DNA of 64,000 nucleotides, from contig JAQFVV010000003.1 in NCBI GenBank assembly GCA_028023455.1, forward strand, positions 23,002,001-23,066,000. The letters are read 5' to 3'. The notes below the pieces were generated by a model. That model ran no database searches. It was given only the letters and a program-made list of their open reading frames with translations, and was not told the origin of the DNA. Positions 1-13,061 of the stretch are shown one piece after another. The position numbers and the translations under genes were made by a program. Numbering within the stretch: the first letter of the stretch is position 1; each line of letters begins with the position of its first letter. Origin of the DNA: Epiperipatus broadwayi. Lineage: Eukaryota > Animalia > Onychophora.

Positions 1-1
1 G

Positions 2-780
2 TGTCATGAATGTTGGCAAAATAAACCAGCTAATAAAAATTATGTTGGGACGCCAGTGCCAATAATAGCTAAGAACCCAAACGAGCTACTGGCCATAGAT
101 TTTTGTGGTCCATTACCGTCCTTTCATAAATATAAAATATACATTAGTAACCTATGATGTTTTTCAAAATTAATAGAGACCTACCCCTTACGAAGGGCTG
201 ACATCAAATCCTCCATAACTGTATTAAAAGAAAAATAATTTATTCAACAAAAACAGATACATCATGTTCTCACTTCTATCCGTAACTCCCAGTTTAACCC
301 GTGTGAACGAGATATGAAAAAATTGGGGGAGTTCATTTCATGTACATTTGAAAGGTAACCATCAACAATGGTTTAAAGTATTGCCACAAATGGTTAAAAT
401 AATTTAACTATACATACCACGAATCTACAGGATTAGCTCCAGAGTGCTTGCACTATGGTCAGATTGAGCCTTCTCTTTTCAAGTGTCCTGTTCTTACTGG
501 GAATGAAACTGAACATAGTGGAGGATCAAAGCTTTGCTAGAGACAGATTGAAGAAGAAAGCTGAAAATAAAGAAGGGGAATATTTGCCCAATACAATTTA
601 CAGTAGGAGACTGGGTTTATGTTAAAACTCAGCCAGTTAGCAAATTATGTGATAAACAATATAAAGTTTTTCCCTTTATTTGAAGGCCCATACAGGATCA
701 TCCAAAAATGCGGACCTAATGCTTTTATAGTATAAAGGGAAAAAAATAAAAAGGGGACTTATAATGCACAAAGTCTAAAA
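2..780 (+). mobile_element. Ty3/gypsy LTR-retrotransposon integrase remnant (pseudogenised, truncated by window start)
   Basis: Frame from nt 2 reads CHECWQNKPANKNYVGTPVPIIAKNPNELLAIDFCGPLPS (zinc-finger CxxC then rve core start). Later fragments read NYTYHESTGLAPECLHYG and FTVGDWVYVK...EGPYRIIQKCGPNAF (GPY/F motif). Multiple stops and frameshifts. Confidence 0.85.
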
Positions 781-890
781 CTCTTTAAAGAGAATGGGGA
801 AAAGATCCCACGGAATAATTAAGGTTTTTTTTTTTTTTGCTACCAGAAAGGGTGCAATGAGCTGGTATTTTTCGGCCAGTTCATATAGAT

Positions 891-1185
891 CAGGGGTCCC
901 CAACCCTATGCCCGCGGGCACCATGGCGCCCGCAGACCATTTTACATGTGCCCGCTGCTATCCGAACACGATAAAAAATTATTTATCTGATACAAATAAA
1001 TTTAATTTTTAAATTTTTTTATAAATTATTGCATTATATTGTAATCAAATAAATATTTTTTTGTACCTTATATATATTATTAACAATATCCAACTATAAA
1101 TTTACATTGAAAAAATAAATGGTGCCCACCACCTGGCCGTTATTATAGAATGTGCTCTTAAGTGCTAAAAGGTTGGGGACCCCTG
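891..1185. mobile_element. Non-autonomous hAT (Charlie-like) MITE, 295 bp
   Basis: Perfect 15-bp TIRs CAGGGGTCCCCAACC (891-905) / GGTTGGGGACCCCTG (1171-1185). 8-bp TSD ATATAGAT at 883-890 and 1186-1193. Confidence 0.92.
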
Positions 1186-1757
1186 ATATAGATACACCCA
1201 TATATATTTTATTAAGTTATCTTTAAAGAAAAAAAAATGCATATATGTTACTATTACTATAAAAAGAAATTCGTTTATTTTAAATACTATTTTAAAAGTT
1301 TTGTTTTTACATATTTTCTTTATGAATGGACTTTTTTTTTTTTAGTTGAATTATATTAAAATAGAGATTAGGGTGGAATTTTAAAAGATTCTAAGTTTTT
1401 CTTTTGTTTCTAATTCTGGAAAATGGAAGGGGTAAGGAAAAGAAATATAGATTTTTACCTTCTAATTAGTTGTATTGTTGAAACTTTAATGAGGGAAGAT
1501 ATTTTGTTATCTATTGCACTCACCAAATTGAAATGTTACTATGAGATTAAAGAGAAAAATAAGACCAAAAAAGGACATGAAAAATGGTGTGAATACATAC
1601 TTTGAGAGACTAAAAAGACTATAAATTGCTGGATTATCTTTTGTTAGGAAAAAAAAAAGAAATTATTGATATTTTTGGCTGCCATTTGCTGGATTTTGAT
1701 TAGGTACAGGCTCATCCAGACCACTGCAAAAGCTAAATGAAATGTAGATATTTTAAA

Positions 1758-1976
1758 TATAGGGGGTTTGAACTCAGACTTTCAAGCAACCTTCAACTAT
1801 CGCCACTATCTCATATTACTGATACACATGACCCCACACATGTAGAAAAGATAAATAATCACCAATACACATATTTCGTGCTGAATCGCACTCTATAGTT
1901 GGTCCAGATTATCATCTCCCACACATAAATATAATCAGTACTCAGTTTATATTAAGATAGCAAATCTTTATACTTT
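1758..1976 (-). mobile_element. Hammerhead repeat family 2, single decayed copy
   Basis: Colinear with 21083-21290 and, inverted, with 21440-21680. The hammerhead at ~1861-1902 has its core mutated (CTATAGA instead of CTGATGA), while the GTGC/GCAC stem II and GAAA are kept. Confidence 0.8.
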
Positions 1977-4900
1977 AAGGCCTTTTAAAATAAAATTTTA
2001 TTATTTTTTTAAAATATATATACAGTACTGTATATTCCAATCCTTATATATATTAAACATTGTGTTCAAAATACTTGAAATAAATACTGAATGAGAATAA
2101 ATAGCACTAAAAAAAAAAAATCATAACATTTATATATTTATACCAATCGATTTCAATGATAAAATTATAAATTTCTATTACCAATTTTTTTCTCATTCGG
2201 TCTATTAAGCGAAGGATTAACTGCAGTCGATAGAATAATTTCTGCAGTGACGTAATTGGAGCACATAATGAAATTTTCTTAAAACTCTTACGAATTTCTT
2301 AATATTTTTCTTTTGGAATTAAAGAAAAATAAAAAATAATACAAGAACTGGAGAAAATATGAAGCAAAGTAAATTAATTCTTACGTTATGTATTTTCAAT
2401 AAATCATTTTTTAAAAATAATAATTTCACTCCAATAAATGCGTTTACTTTTTAGAATATACTAAATATAAAATAAACTTTAAATTTACCTTAATTACTCT
2501 TAATTTTCTTCCTGGACGGATTAAACGTACTTAATTGACAATGCCAGAGATCGTCAACAGTAGGACTGGCGCTACTATCTATTAGTTTTACATCAATTTC
2601 CCGGTAGAGGACTCACGCCAACTTTTCAGTGATTTGGTTACTTTGAGCGATAGATTAGAAATAATGGAGAAAATTATGAAAAACTCGAAGATAATTCTTG
2701 AAAAAAAAATTAGAAATAAAATGTAAAAGTTTTAATATATATATATAAATTAATAATAGCTAATCTGTTATAGCCTAAATCATTTCTCACAAAGAATAGC
2801 TAGAAATATTGTATAGCATTTCACTAAGTACTGAACTCAGTTTTAAATCCCCCCCCCCCCATTTAAATTTTCAGCAAATATCTATAATTACTAAAAATAA
2901 TTTTTTTTTTTTTTTAAAAATGCTATTGGTTATAATCTGATTAGTTTTTTTTTTCTAATAGCAAACAATTTTTTTTAAAAAAAAAACGTTTATTTTTCAA
3001 AGGAATGTTAACTTAGGACAAACATTTGATATATTATAGATGGTCTAAGGAAATCGATGCTAAAAGTGTACCATGTTATTTAGACGAGCTGTAACGCTTA
3101 ATTATTTTAATGAAAATATGTCATCTCCCTAACAATTCTGTCATCAAATTTAGAACTATGTTATACAATAATGAAATCATAACATTAGGATGCAAAAAAT
3201 AGACAACAGTTATTTAGAGGAAAAGAAATGAAATACAAATAGAATTTATGTCTGCAATAAAATTCTATTTTTAATGAATAGTTTGTAAATGAGAAGTGAT
3301 TTGGAGATTTTCATTGTAATTTTTACCCATAATAATACCACTGAGAAACTTTTTTTAGTTTAAGAAAATTCACAAAGTTCAAATGAATTTATTATACAAT
3401 TTTAATTGAAAGTGGAAAGTTTGGTAAAATCGAACTTTCTCATAGAAACTGTTATATAAAGTTAAAATCTGAGTGGAATAATTAAAGATATATTAACATG
3501 AGCATGAAATTTTAGATACTTAATGCTATGTCAGGGATGGGTATTTTTTCAGGTTAAGAGCTATTTGTAATTTTTTCCAAGTACACAATTACCAGTTTGA
3601 ATATTACTTGCTTGATTTTAAAATGTCAGTGTTTTCTGGGTTGTTTTTTTTTTTGGAAATTACATATTTATATAACACATTTTGCATTCATCATTGTCAA
3701 GAAAAACTTCCCATTTTGTATTAAAATTATATGCCTTTCTTTATTTTGCAATCGCTTCAGATATTACACCATTTTTAAAATATAAAGTACAAATTTTTCA
3801 TGATAAATACTTAAATTTGAGCTCCTGTTACAAAAAAAAAAACAGATATTAGTTTTTGGGACTGAACAAATATTCACTATTTGTGATTAACTAAACATTA
3901 TTGTTTTTATCTTTCTTTATACAGTAAACATATTTGAGCCAATGCATTTATAACTTCAAATGAAGATGTGTGCGCCTGACTATTGATTGTGAAAAGCTGA
4001 TTCTTATAATAGCCATACATGTGCAAAATATATATTTCATTAACAATCGAGACATAATGAAAAAGATTAACTCTGTTTAGGAATAATAATCCTTGACAAT
4101 GACCATATAATATAGTCGAAATGTAGGGAAAAATTGAAGTGAAGCCATGTAATATGGTTGAAATGTAAAAAAAAAAAATTGAAATGAAAGATGTCTCATA
4201 GAAAATAAAATGATATAAAAATGAAAAAGTATAAAATTGATTAATAAATATATATTGAAATTAATGGACCATATTCGAAAGAAAATGGTGGGCTACTTAT
4301 TAATAACTGAATCATTAATAAATTCTTGATTTTATTACATAGTGGGAATATTTATTAATATACTGTAATAAATTTATTTTTATAAATTTTTAAATTGTTT
4401 TTAATTGTCGTTTTGCTACTGTGATATTTGGTTTCTTAAAGTACAAAACATCAAAAATAATTTTAAGACAAAATACTTATATAAAGATTATTAAATAATA
4501 ATGAAATATCTAAAATCTAAATAGATCTAATTACAAATCTACATGTAGAAATTAAATTGTATCATATATCATAAATTATAGCTTTGATTGTTATATGTAT
4601 TATAAATTAAAAATAATTTACTAAAAATAGAATTATTTCAATAATTTTGAAAAGAATTTGATGTTTATTCTTTAATAATATTCATCACAAATTTCAATAG
4701 ATCTTAAACACTAAAACTACCAGTTTCAAGTTTTCAGTTATTGAAACTTATATAATTCCATTAATTGCTTTGTGAATTTAAGGAAGTATATTCTAAGTTT
4801 CAGTTTCAAAAAAAAAAAATCTTAACTTTTTCTGACTGGTTGTTATTAGGCTTGATTAAAACAGTGTACATGACATTTTCTGCTTGGTAAAAAAAAAAAA

Positions 4901-5099
4901 AAATGAATATGGAGTTTTGTAGTAATGTAAGAACATGTATGGGTAATCTTTTTTAAGCAGCAAGCCTCATTTGATGCAGAATCGATTAAAACAAAATAGT
5001 TATTAAAGAAGAAATATATAAATATTATAATAATAAGTCATTCTTCTAATATAATCATGAATTAAGTGAGGTACACAAAAAATCATAAAAGACTGAAAA

Positions 5100-5900
5100 T
5101 CATCTTTGCCTGTTTGATAGAATCAAAGTGCAAAGAAGATAGAATAGTTGGATGGCTGTGATCATTTTGGATTCTTTTTGACACATTGATAGAAATATCT
5201 AGAGTTTAAAAAAATTATCTCATTAAAATAAGTGTATGATATGCTTCAACCAGATGGAGGAAAATATTTTATTTTTTAAATAATGACATGAAAATTTAGA
5301 TGGCTGTTTAATAACATATCCATCTTGCTAAATTTAAAGCTTTGGTTAGAGATACTTCACTTATTCAAGTTAAAAGGCCTCTTTATAATATTAAAAATTG
5401 AAAGACCATAAGTTTTGATGTAATACTTGATAGAATTTTAAAATGTAGCTCAGTCAATTTCAAATTATTGGAATTCTTTAGGAATATATGAATCAGTGAA
5501 TTTAGACTTCAGAAAGGCTTAGAAAGTATTGCTACTTATTAGGGCTAAACTACTTTAAGAATTTTATTGTTCTTATTTCTAGTTTTAGTTGGATAATTAC
5601 TAAAGACTATGTAATTTAAGAGAATCAAAAAATACAAGACTGATTTTTGTTGCAGTGCAAAAAAAAAATGATTAAAGATGCAATTATATATTGAGTTGTT
5701 CAAGGTATTTAACTTGGTTAATCGAAAAGGCTTTATGAAATGTTAGAATTCAGCTGATTCGTTACTAAAATCTATAGTTCTATTATACATTTTCTACATT
5801 ATGATAAGAGATGAAGCTTCATTACCAAAAATCTAGAACACTTGAGATATTAAAACAGGCATCATGTGATGTTTATTGGCTTAAAACGTTTGAGATAGAA
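5100..5900 (+). mobile_element. Highly decayed RTE-clade reverse transcriptase fragment
   Basis: Broken motifs resembling ESQxGFRKG (gaatcag...gacttcagaaagg, ~5490-5520), xKAFDLVNRxG (ttcaaggtatttaacttggttaatcgaaaaggc, ~5700-5730) and EIKTG (~5845-5860), in the expected order. Confidence 0.5.
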
Positions 5901-6579
5901 AATTATTGTTAAACAGAGATTTTTATAATTGCAACTTTGCTTTTTTTTTTTTTTTTTTTGAAATAGTTTATCAGCAACTTTATGAAGCAGACATCAAGAT
6001 GCTATATAATAGGTTTTATAGTTGAATTTTTAAGTGAACTTGTTAAAAGAAAAAAATTAAAACTTTGTCTTCTTTGCTATTAAATTTGTTAATATCTGAT
6101 TATTGTGTTATTTTTACCAATTCAGGAGATGAATCTACAAAATACTCAATACTTTTGACACAGCTCAAAGCCTTTTAGTCTGGATGTCAGCTTAAGTTGT
6201 GAATTATTTTAAATATCTTGAGATATAATAGAGAATCCATAGTCCTACTGCTGCATTTAGTAAAGATATTTCATCTTAGTGATATATCAATGAATAATAT
6301 TATTTTACAGAAATGAAACATGATCCCTAACATCATAAAGGAAAATTTTTATTTAAGAATAATATATACAAATCTGATAGTTTATTAGATCATCAATAAG
6401 TTTTTTAGCTTGATAGATGTTGTGCTCATGAATCTTATTATAAGAGCCCATATCTTTATCAAATTATGTGTGAAGAAAATGAGGAGTACAGATTTTAAAA
6501 GTATTTTATGATAAGCTTGACCTCGGGCTTTCTGTATTGTAAGTAGTTCCCATTTGTATCATCTCTATGATATATAATA

Positions 6580-7335
6580 TAAGCTTTAGTAAGTAAAAAT
6601 AGATTCCAGATAATGGTGCTTATTAAATCCCTATACTGTGCTTTTCTATCCAATATTCCTAGTTTCACTTATGGCTTTCATCAGTGAGGTAGCTTTAAAC
6701 TTTGGACCAGTGCACCTGGACTTTTATGATCTAGTACAATCTTCCACCACCTATCTTTTACCTCCAACATGCTACCAGCCTAAATGAAAAAATATAAATG
6801 GTTTCAATATAAGCCAACTTGCTTCCATAGTCATATAGATCTAAAAGCAGTTCAGTTTCTACATATTATGGTGTCCTTACTTTTTTAATAACTATGAGCA
6901 CCTCTATCCTGTGACCAGGATTTAGTATAACCAATAAAATATATGATTTTAGTTTACATATTGCATCATAATTTTTCACCATTTTTATTGCACTTATTGT
7001 GAGTTTAGTAAATAATAATAGGTGCTAGATGATAATGCTTATTACACCCCTATTCTATGCTGCCCTCTCCGATATTCCCAGACTAATTTCAAGTTTATGG
7101 TTTTTATGAATCAGTAACTTTTGATCTTAGACCAGTGTGTCTCATAGCATGATAGTATAACAGAGAGGTAAAAGAGGGGTGGTGAAAGAAGATTGCATTA
7201 GATTCTAAAGGCCCAAGTCCACTAGTCCAAGACTCAAAGTTCTTCATTGATGAAAGTCATAAATTTGAAACTATTGTGCAGGATAGGGATTTAATAAACA
7301 CTATCATCTGGCACCTATTATTACTTACTAAAGCT
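6580..7335. mobile_element. Old hammerhead family-1 composite: tandem copies (HHR on minus, ~424-bp period) followed by an inverted copy (HHR on plus)
   Basis: Diverged homology to 18165-19063 and 48284-49639. Decayed hammerheads at ~6650-6695 (-; CTGATGA AAGCCATAAGT GAAA CTAG), ~7070-7120 (-) and ~7240-7290 (+; TTGATGA AAGTCATAAATTT GAAA CTAT). No clear TSD. Confidence 0.7.
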
Positions 7336-8239
7336 TGCAATAAGTGATACAAAGATGACGAAAAATTATGCTGCTGTAACAGCAATATGTCAGCTAAAGT
7401 CATATGATGGAATCACATGATATTTTATTGGTAGATCCCATTTGCATTATAAGATTCATAACAAAAAATTATACTTTTAATTGCCTTTATTGAGATTTGG
7501 GATATAATAGAGTATAATTACACATTGTAATAAAATCTTTCACAAAAAAATTGTTGTAGAAATTAAAAGACTATTACCATATATGTTACTCATGTATAAT
7601 ACATATAAATATAGTTATGTTTCACAGATTAGTTTGTATTGCTTTTGTTTTTCCCTTGTCTTTTTTTTTTTTTTTTTTTTGGAATTGCAATTTTGCATCT
7701 ATAATTCAAACAAATGGAATAAGTTTTAAATCTCTTAGAGATTTATTTGATTTTATTAGTCCCTGTTATACAGCATATCTCAGAAAGAGATGTAAGATGT
7801 AGTAGATAAATTATAAACATTTAAAGTATAAATGATATACATTACATCAAGTGATTTTTCTTGAGAGCATGTTGGTGTAATAGGCAATAAAATCTAAGTA
7901 GTCAAGTTATAACATTTGATCTTCATAAATGTAGTGGATTGAAGTATGTAAATGAAATTTAGACACAATAGTTATAATATATAAGGTAATATATCAATTT
8001 ACTTATTAAATTAGGAATAATTTAAGAAATTATAAAATAAAAGCAAATAATTTCAATGGAACACAAAGTGGCCGAGCAAAGCCATGATTCATGTACTTTG
8101 ACCTCCAATTCTGATACTCCATCACAGCAGTAAATCAAACAGCAGCCAATTACTGAATGAATGTTAGAAACTGCAAGTCACAATAGATCCTGATTGCTGA
8201 AAATTCATAATTTAAGTGCTTTTAAGAGGCATATAAACT

Positions 8240-8700
8240 GAAACTTTAGTGCAATGTTGTGCTACATTCTGAGAGTAGTTGAAAGACTTTATGTCATTCA
8301 ACATGGATCTGAAACTTACACTTTTAATAGAAAAGTAGTATAGAAGTTTCAGACTACTTAATAAAATATGGAGAGATCTATGTTGACAGCAACAAGCAGG
8401 GAACAAAATCAAAACATATAGAGGAGAGAACAATATATCATTGAAAAAAAAAAACAAATGAAATTGGGCTTTACATATTGCTAGAAAATAATGGTAATAT
8501 AAGGTTAATTGAAATATAAGCTGGATCCCATAAAACTGTAAAAGTCTTGGAAAAACATATAGGAGATGAAAGGATGAAATAAAAAGAAGCTTATTGAAAT
8601 GGTGTAGAGGTATTGATTCTATAAATTGGATTAAACAGAGAACTTTCATCCTGCGGTGAACCAATAATGATTGAAAATGATAATGATGAATTAATTATTG
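8240..8700 (+). mobile_element. Decayed 3' end of an RTE LINE (related to 50390-53335)
   Basis: Colinear with 52890-53335 (YGSETWTL..., WIP..., FILQW... equivalents), ending in a TGATAATGATGA tail. Confidence 0.8.
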
Positions 8701-8901
8701 TATTTGACATTTTTAGCCATATGTGGTAAACTTGGTTGTTATTTCTTATCTGAAATACCTGCCATGTGATAGTATACATAAGTCATTATTGTAAATATTT
8801 AGTAGTTGCACAATGAAAACCAACTCAATTTTTCCCAGATAAATTGGTTTTATTTAACATATTTTTTCTCACTTCATTTCTTACTTTTTCTGACTTCACA
8901 G

Positions 8902-8930
8902 AAAGCCAATGATGTAGACTTTCGATTTAA
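8902..8930 (+). other. Candidate isolated host exon (KANDVDFRF)
   Basis: Long polypyrimidine tract ending ttcacag, 29 nt open in one frame only, then a gtaaat donor. No recognisable protein and no linked gene model. Confidence 0.2.
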
Positions 8931-10945
8931 GTAAATTTTTATTTGATGTAGTCATTAATAGCATAAAGATAATCAGATATTCAACCAGTAAATTCATAAG
9001 CTAGTTGAATACAGCCACTCAAAATATATTCAATTCTGAATAAGACTACATAAATTATACATTTAATATGATTAGCTCAAATATTTTACAAAATCACAAT
9101 AAAGTTTTAGACAAACTCTAATTACTCTGGAAGAAAATCAGAATTGTTTTTGGTTCCTGAGTTTTTATATTTTGCATCTGCCCTGTAAAGAATACTATAA
9201 TTACAAATTTATCAAAGTGATCCCATAATTGGGGTTTTCCCCACCTCCATTCTACACTATTAATTTCCGATTTCTAAACTAACGATAGTTTTCCATTGAA
9301 TTTTAACACCTGCTAGGAAACTTTCATACCTATTCAGTTCAAGCATGTGATTACATTGATGAAATTAATTATAATAGCAATATGCAGTCTGAATACAATT
9401 TAAATCAGTTTTACTAAACAGTCATGTTTATATATAAATATTTCTTCATGATAAATATATTATTGCATTTATATAATATTTTTATTGAATCTCATTATTA
9501 TTTAATAGAATTTAAATGATATTTTATTCTGAACATTACAGACTGAACAATTAATTAATGTAATAAATATTTTCATATAGCACAAATAATCCATTGAAAA
9601 TAAATAAAGTCTAACACTACAAAGGTCATGGTCAAAACAAATTGGATATATCTGATAGAATAAAATTTAAAACAGTGCATTTTTGCCTTTATCATATTTA
9701 TACAATAAAATATATGCTTCTCTTTTATTTTTCGTTATAATCTGAAATTATTAAACAAAGAAATATAAAACTACAATATTGCATACAACAAATTGCAATG
9801 GGAGTGGTAGATATCCATCTGATCTGTGCTGAAATGTGAAAAAAAAGTTAAAACACTGCAAATTTTCTTTTATTACTTTCAGCTGTTATATAAAAATTAT
9901 TAAAAAATGAAACAAAGGTCACAATTAAAAAAATAACAGTGATAGTCATATATATTTAAGAGATGTGAAAAAAAATTAAAAATACTGCAAATTTGCTTTT
10001 ATTATAATTATTATTATAATGAAATACATTGATTTTTTATTTATTATTAGTCATACTGTAGAAACTATTTTTACAACTACACTAATGCTGACTTCAGAGT
10101 GTATGATAAATTTCAAACACAATTTACTTTTGAATATATATCTTTATGAAATGTTATAATCAAACTGAATGCTTAAAGGATTATGGTTTAACCTTGGTTG
10201 TATACAAATGTATGGCCAGTTGAAAGTTTGAACCTGAATATCTGCTATGTACCAATAATTAAGAAGAGCATTTCATTAGATCAGTTATGACCTCCAGAGG
10301 TTAAGTGAAACCATTCTCATTATACATTCTTCAAATGCTTGAAGCTTGTCATGATGTAAATTTGAATAATTCTTTTTTGTTTATAATTTTATTAGACATC
10401 AGAAGTTTATAGTTTATTTGGAATGACCATATTCTGATTATTGTATTTAGGTTCTGAATCATGGAAAGGTTCCAAGTTTGTATTGGATATTTATAATTTA
10501 ATCTGAATTTATTCACATTTATAAATGTGGTTGACTATAAGTATTAGCCATTGGCTTTTTAGTTAGTATGAAAGAATTTTGAATATATTCATTGACTGCA
10601 AGCATGCATAACATTGACAATTTTTGGAATTTTTCTATAGTTATCCAACTAACATGCTTTTTATAATTCTATAAGTCATATTATTTATAAAAAATCCAAT
10701 TTTTCAAGTTGATCTAAAGTTTACTAAATGGTTTCTATAGTAAAATAGATCTGTCTACCATTTTAAGGCATTAATTGCAACATGACCTGCGAACAATGCA
10801 ATTCAAAAGCTGAAACCATTTCTTGTTTGTGGGTTAGACTTTACTAAGAACTATGATGTGGTCTTACATGCAAAATGATTATGGATATTAACTACATGTG
10901 TTGTACAAAGAATTAAAACTTTGCTAATAGATTATATATATATAT

Positions 10946-13051
10946 TGTACCAATCGGAATGAAAGTGAAGATTGAATCTAACCGCAAAAACAATATCTGC
11001 ACTACAAGGGCGCCATCTAGGCATTTGAGCCTAGAAAAATTTATAAAGTAGGCAGATACGCGCTGTTAAGATTCCACTTTCTTTAAATATTCCGACCATT
11101 AGCCCAAGTCACTAGCTCAGCGGAGACGCAGAGATAAAAATCTATAAATTTTATATCTTAAATATAAAAGAATAAAAGCCACTGCCAGAAATTAACACAT
11201 AAAAATATTTATTTACGCACATATAAAATAATATTTAAATTTTGAGGAATAAATTTAACGTTTATAATTTTATATTGATCTTTAATTCTAAATTTAAGTA
11301 GATTGCAAATAATGAGTTTACTATTTATTTAGAGGGTCGAGTATGAATGGACTACATAGGTCTGCATTTGAAAAGAAAATATTCTTCCCTGATTTAACCT
11401 TAGGCAACAAATTTCGCAATCAACTGGCGCCAATCCATCTGATACATTCATGTATTCAATGTAGCATGATACGACAACACAAAATACTATATTGTCAGGA
11501 ATGTACATCTGAACAATAAGTAGAAATAGAGAAGACATTGACTCTCCACCAACAGGAATGTGACATCTGTTGGCAAGTAGATCAATAAACAAAAAACTCC
11601 ATAGGAATGGACTGCGGTCTTCTGCCGACTTACAAACCCATCCATAGGCAAACAGAGGGTGTGTGGCGTATATCTATAATCCTGCCCATAGCGGACCTCA
11701 TACTACATCTACTAATTACACAAATATATCCAATCCATTGAACCAATTCAACTACGAAATGAATAACCTAAGATTACCCTCCCTTAATATAACTTTACAA
11801 AACTATATAACCATTCACGCCCGACTTAAATTTAACATTTAAATACGTTCGCATAGATTTGTTTAAAAATGTTGGGTATAGATCGATTACATAGATTCCA
11901 CAGTCAAAAACATTTCAAAATAAACATAAACGATCAAAATACAAAATTATTGATACCGACAATCGCAGAGGGAAACTTATAAGTAACCCAATAGTATTCA
12001 CCATAAGATACTTGCTTTGTCACCAATAACTTAAAAGACATCCGAATAAATACATTTTAGATACTCACCATAAGGTATCATTATTTATTGAATGTCTATA
12101 TATTTTGATCAAATATGAAAACCAAAATATAATTAACCGCAAACGAATCCATGCAAGCATCTATAAACAACTTAAATTTCATACGTTTAAATAATCTTTA
12201 CAATAAGAAAAAAAAAAATGGAAATGATGTTTATCAATCGGGAAACATATAAAATTAAACATTATTAATTTGATTTAAAAACCTAAAAGTCAGATAGAAG
12301 TTCATAAGCTTGAACGAAAGTTCTTAGTTATTTTTTTAAATTTAGAGTTCATGTCAATATAGCTTACAGTATAAGAGTCCAGGTTCCTGTTGGCAATTCC
12401 CACGGTGTCTCCATTGGAAGAAAATGTTCTGGAGGTAGCATTAGCTGGTTCCATTCTGGTATCACAGTCTTTTCATTTTATTTTTTTTTTAAACAAACAA
12501 AAAAATGAGAGAGAACGGCAAGTGCGTCTTACCGTTGTCATCAAATCAAGTTGGAAAAACTGACTGGAACTCAATATTTTTTCTTTTTATAGTCCTCCTA
12601 TGGATTCCATGAACAAAAACGTCACTGTTCTGTTTTTTCGTTATGGTCCGGGCCTTTATTTGCTTCCATTGGTCAAGCTAAAATCTCTTTCTTCTCTTAT
12701 CTAACTTTTCATCTGACTTTTTAATTAAACAGCTTTTAGATAATTAATAAACAATCATTTCCATTTACAGATTACAGGAATTAATTAATACCTGTTTTTA
12801 TTTTAACTTACGTTATTTTTTTATTAAAATATTTTTATATTTCAATCTTGTATTTTTTTATTTAAAAAAAATACGTTCAAATACTTTTTTTTCTTGTTTA
12901 TGAAAAAAATATTTTTAAAGTTTAGCATCCGTGCGAATATATATATGTTTAACAAACATTTTAATTTTAGCGTTTAGTTTTTTCCTTTTATTTGCGAACT
13001 TTTAAGTTTTTATTTTAAATAAATGTAACGACATATTTATATATCGTTACA
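10946..13051. mobile_element. ~2.1-kb TG...CA element Y1 (solo-LTR-like or Ginger-like non-autonomous) in an (AT)n tract
   Basis: Starts TGTACCAATCGG after (TA)n and ends TCGTTACA before (AT)5, with ATAT on both sides. Homologous in inverted orientation to 13062-15003 along most of its length. No transposase, RT or gag detected. Confidence 0.75.
11343..11647 (+). pseudogene. Small Cys-rich ORF (three CxxC) in element Y1, disrupted
   Basis: MNGLHRSAFEKKIFFPDLTLGNKFRNQLAPIHLIHSCIQCSMIRQHKILYCQECTSEQ*VEIEKTLTLHQQECDICWQ..., then after a frameshift NKKLHRNGLRS. Homologous to 14361-14668(-). Confidence 0.65.
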
Positions 13052-13061
13052 ATATATATAT

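Noticed and set aside
794-1012. 72-aa ORF
   Set aside because: It runs through the hAT MITE and is spurious. The other short ORFs in the track that fall in AT-rich DNA or antisense to LINEs were dismissed for the same lack of homology or codon signal.
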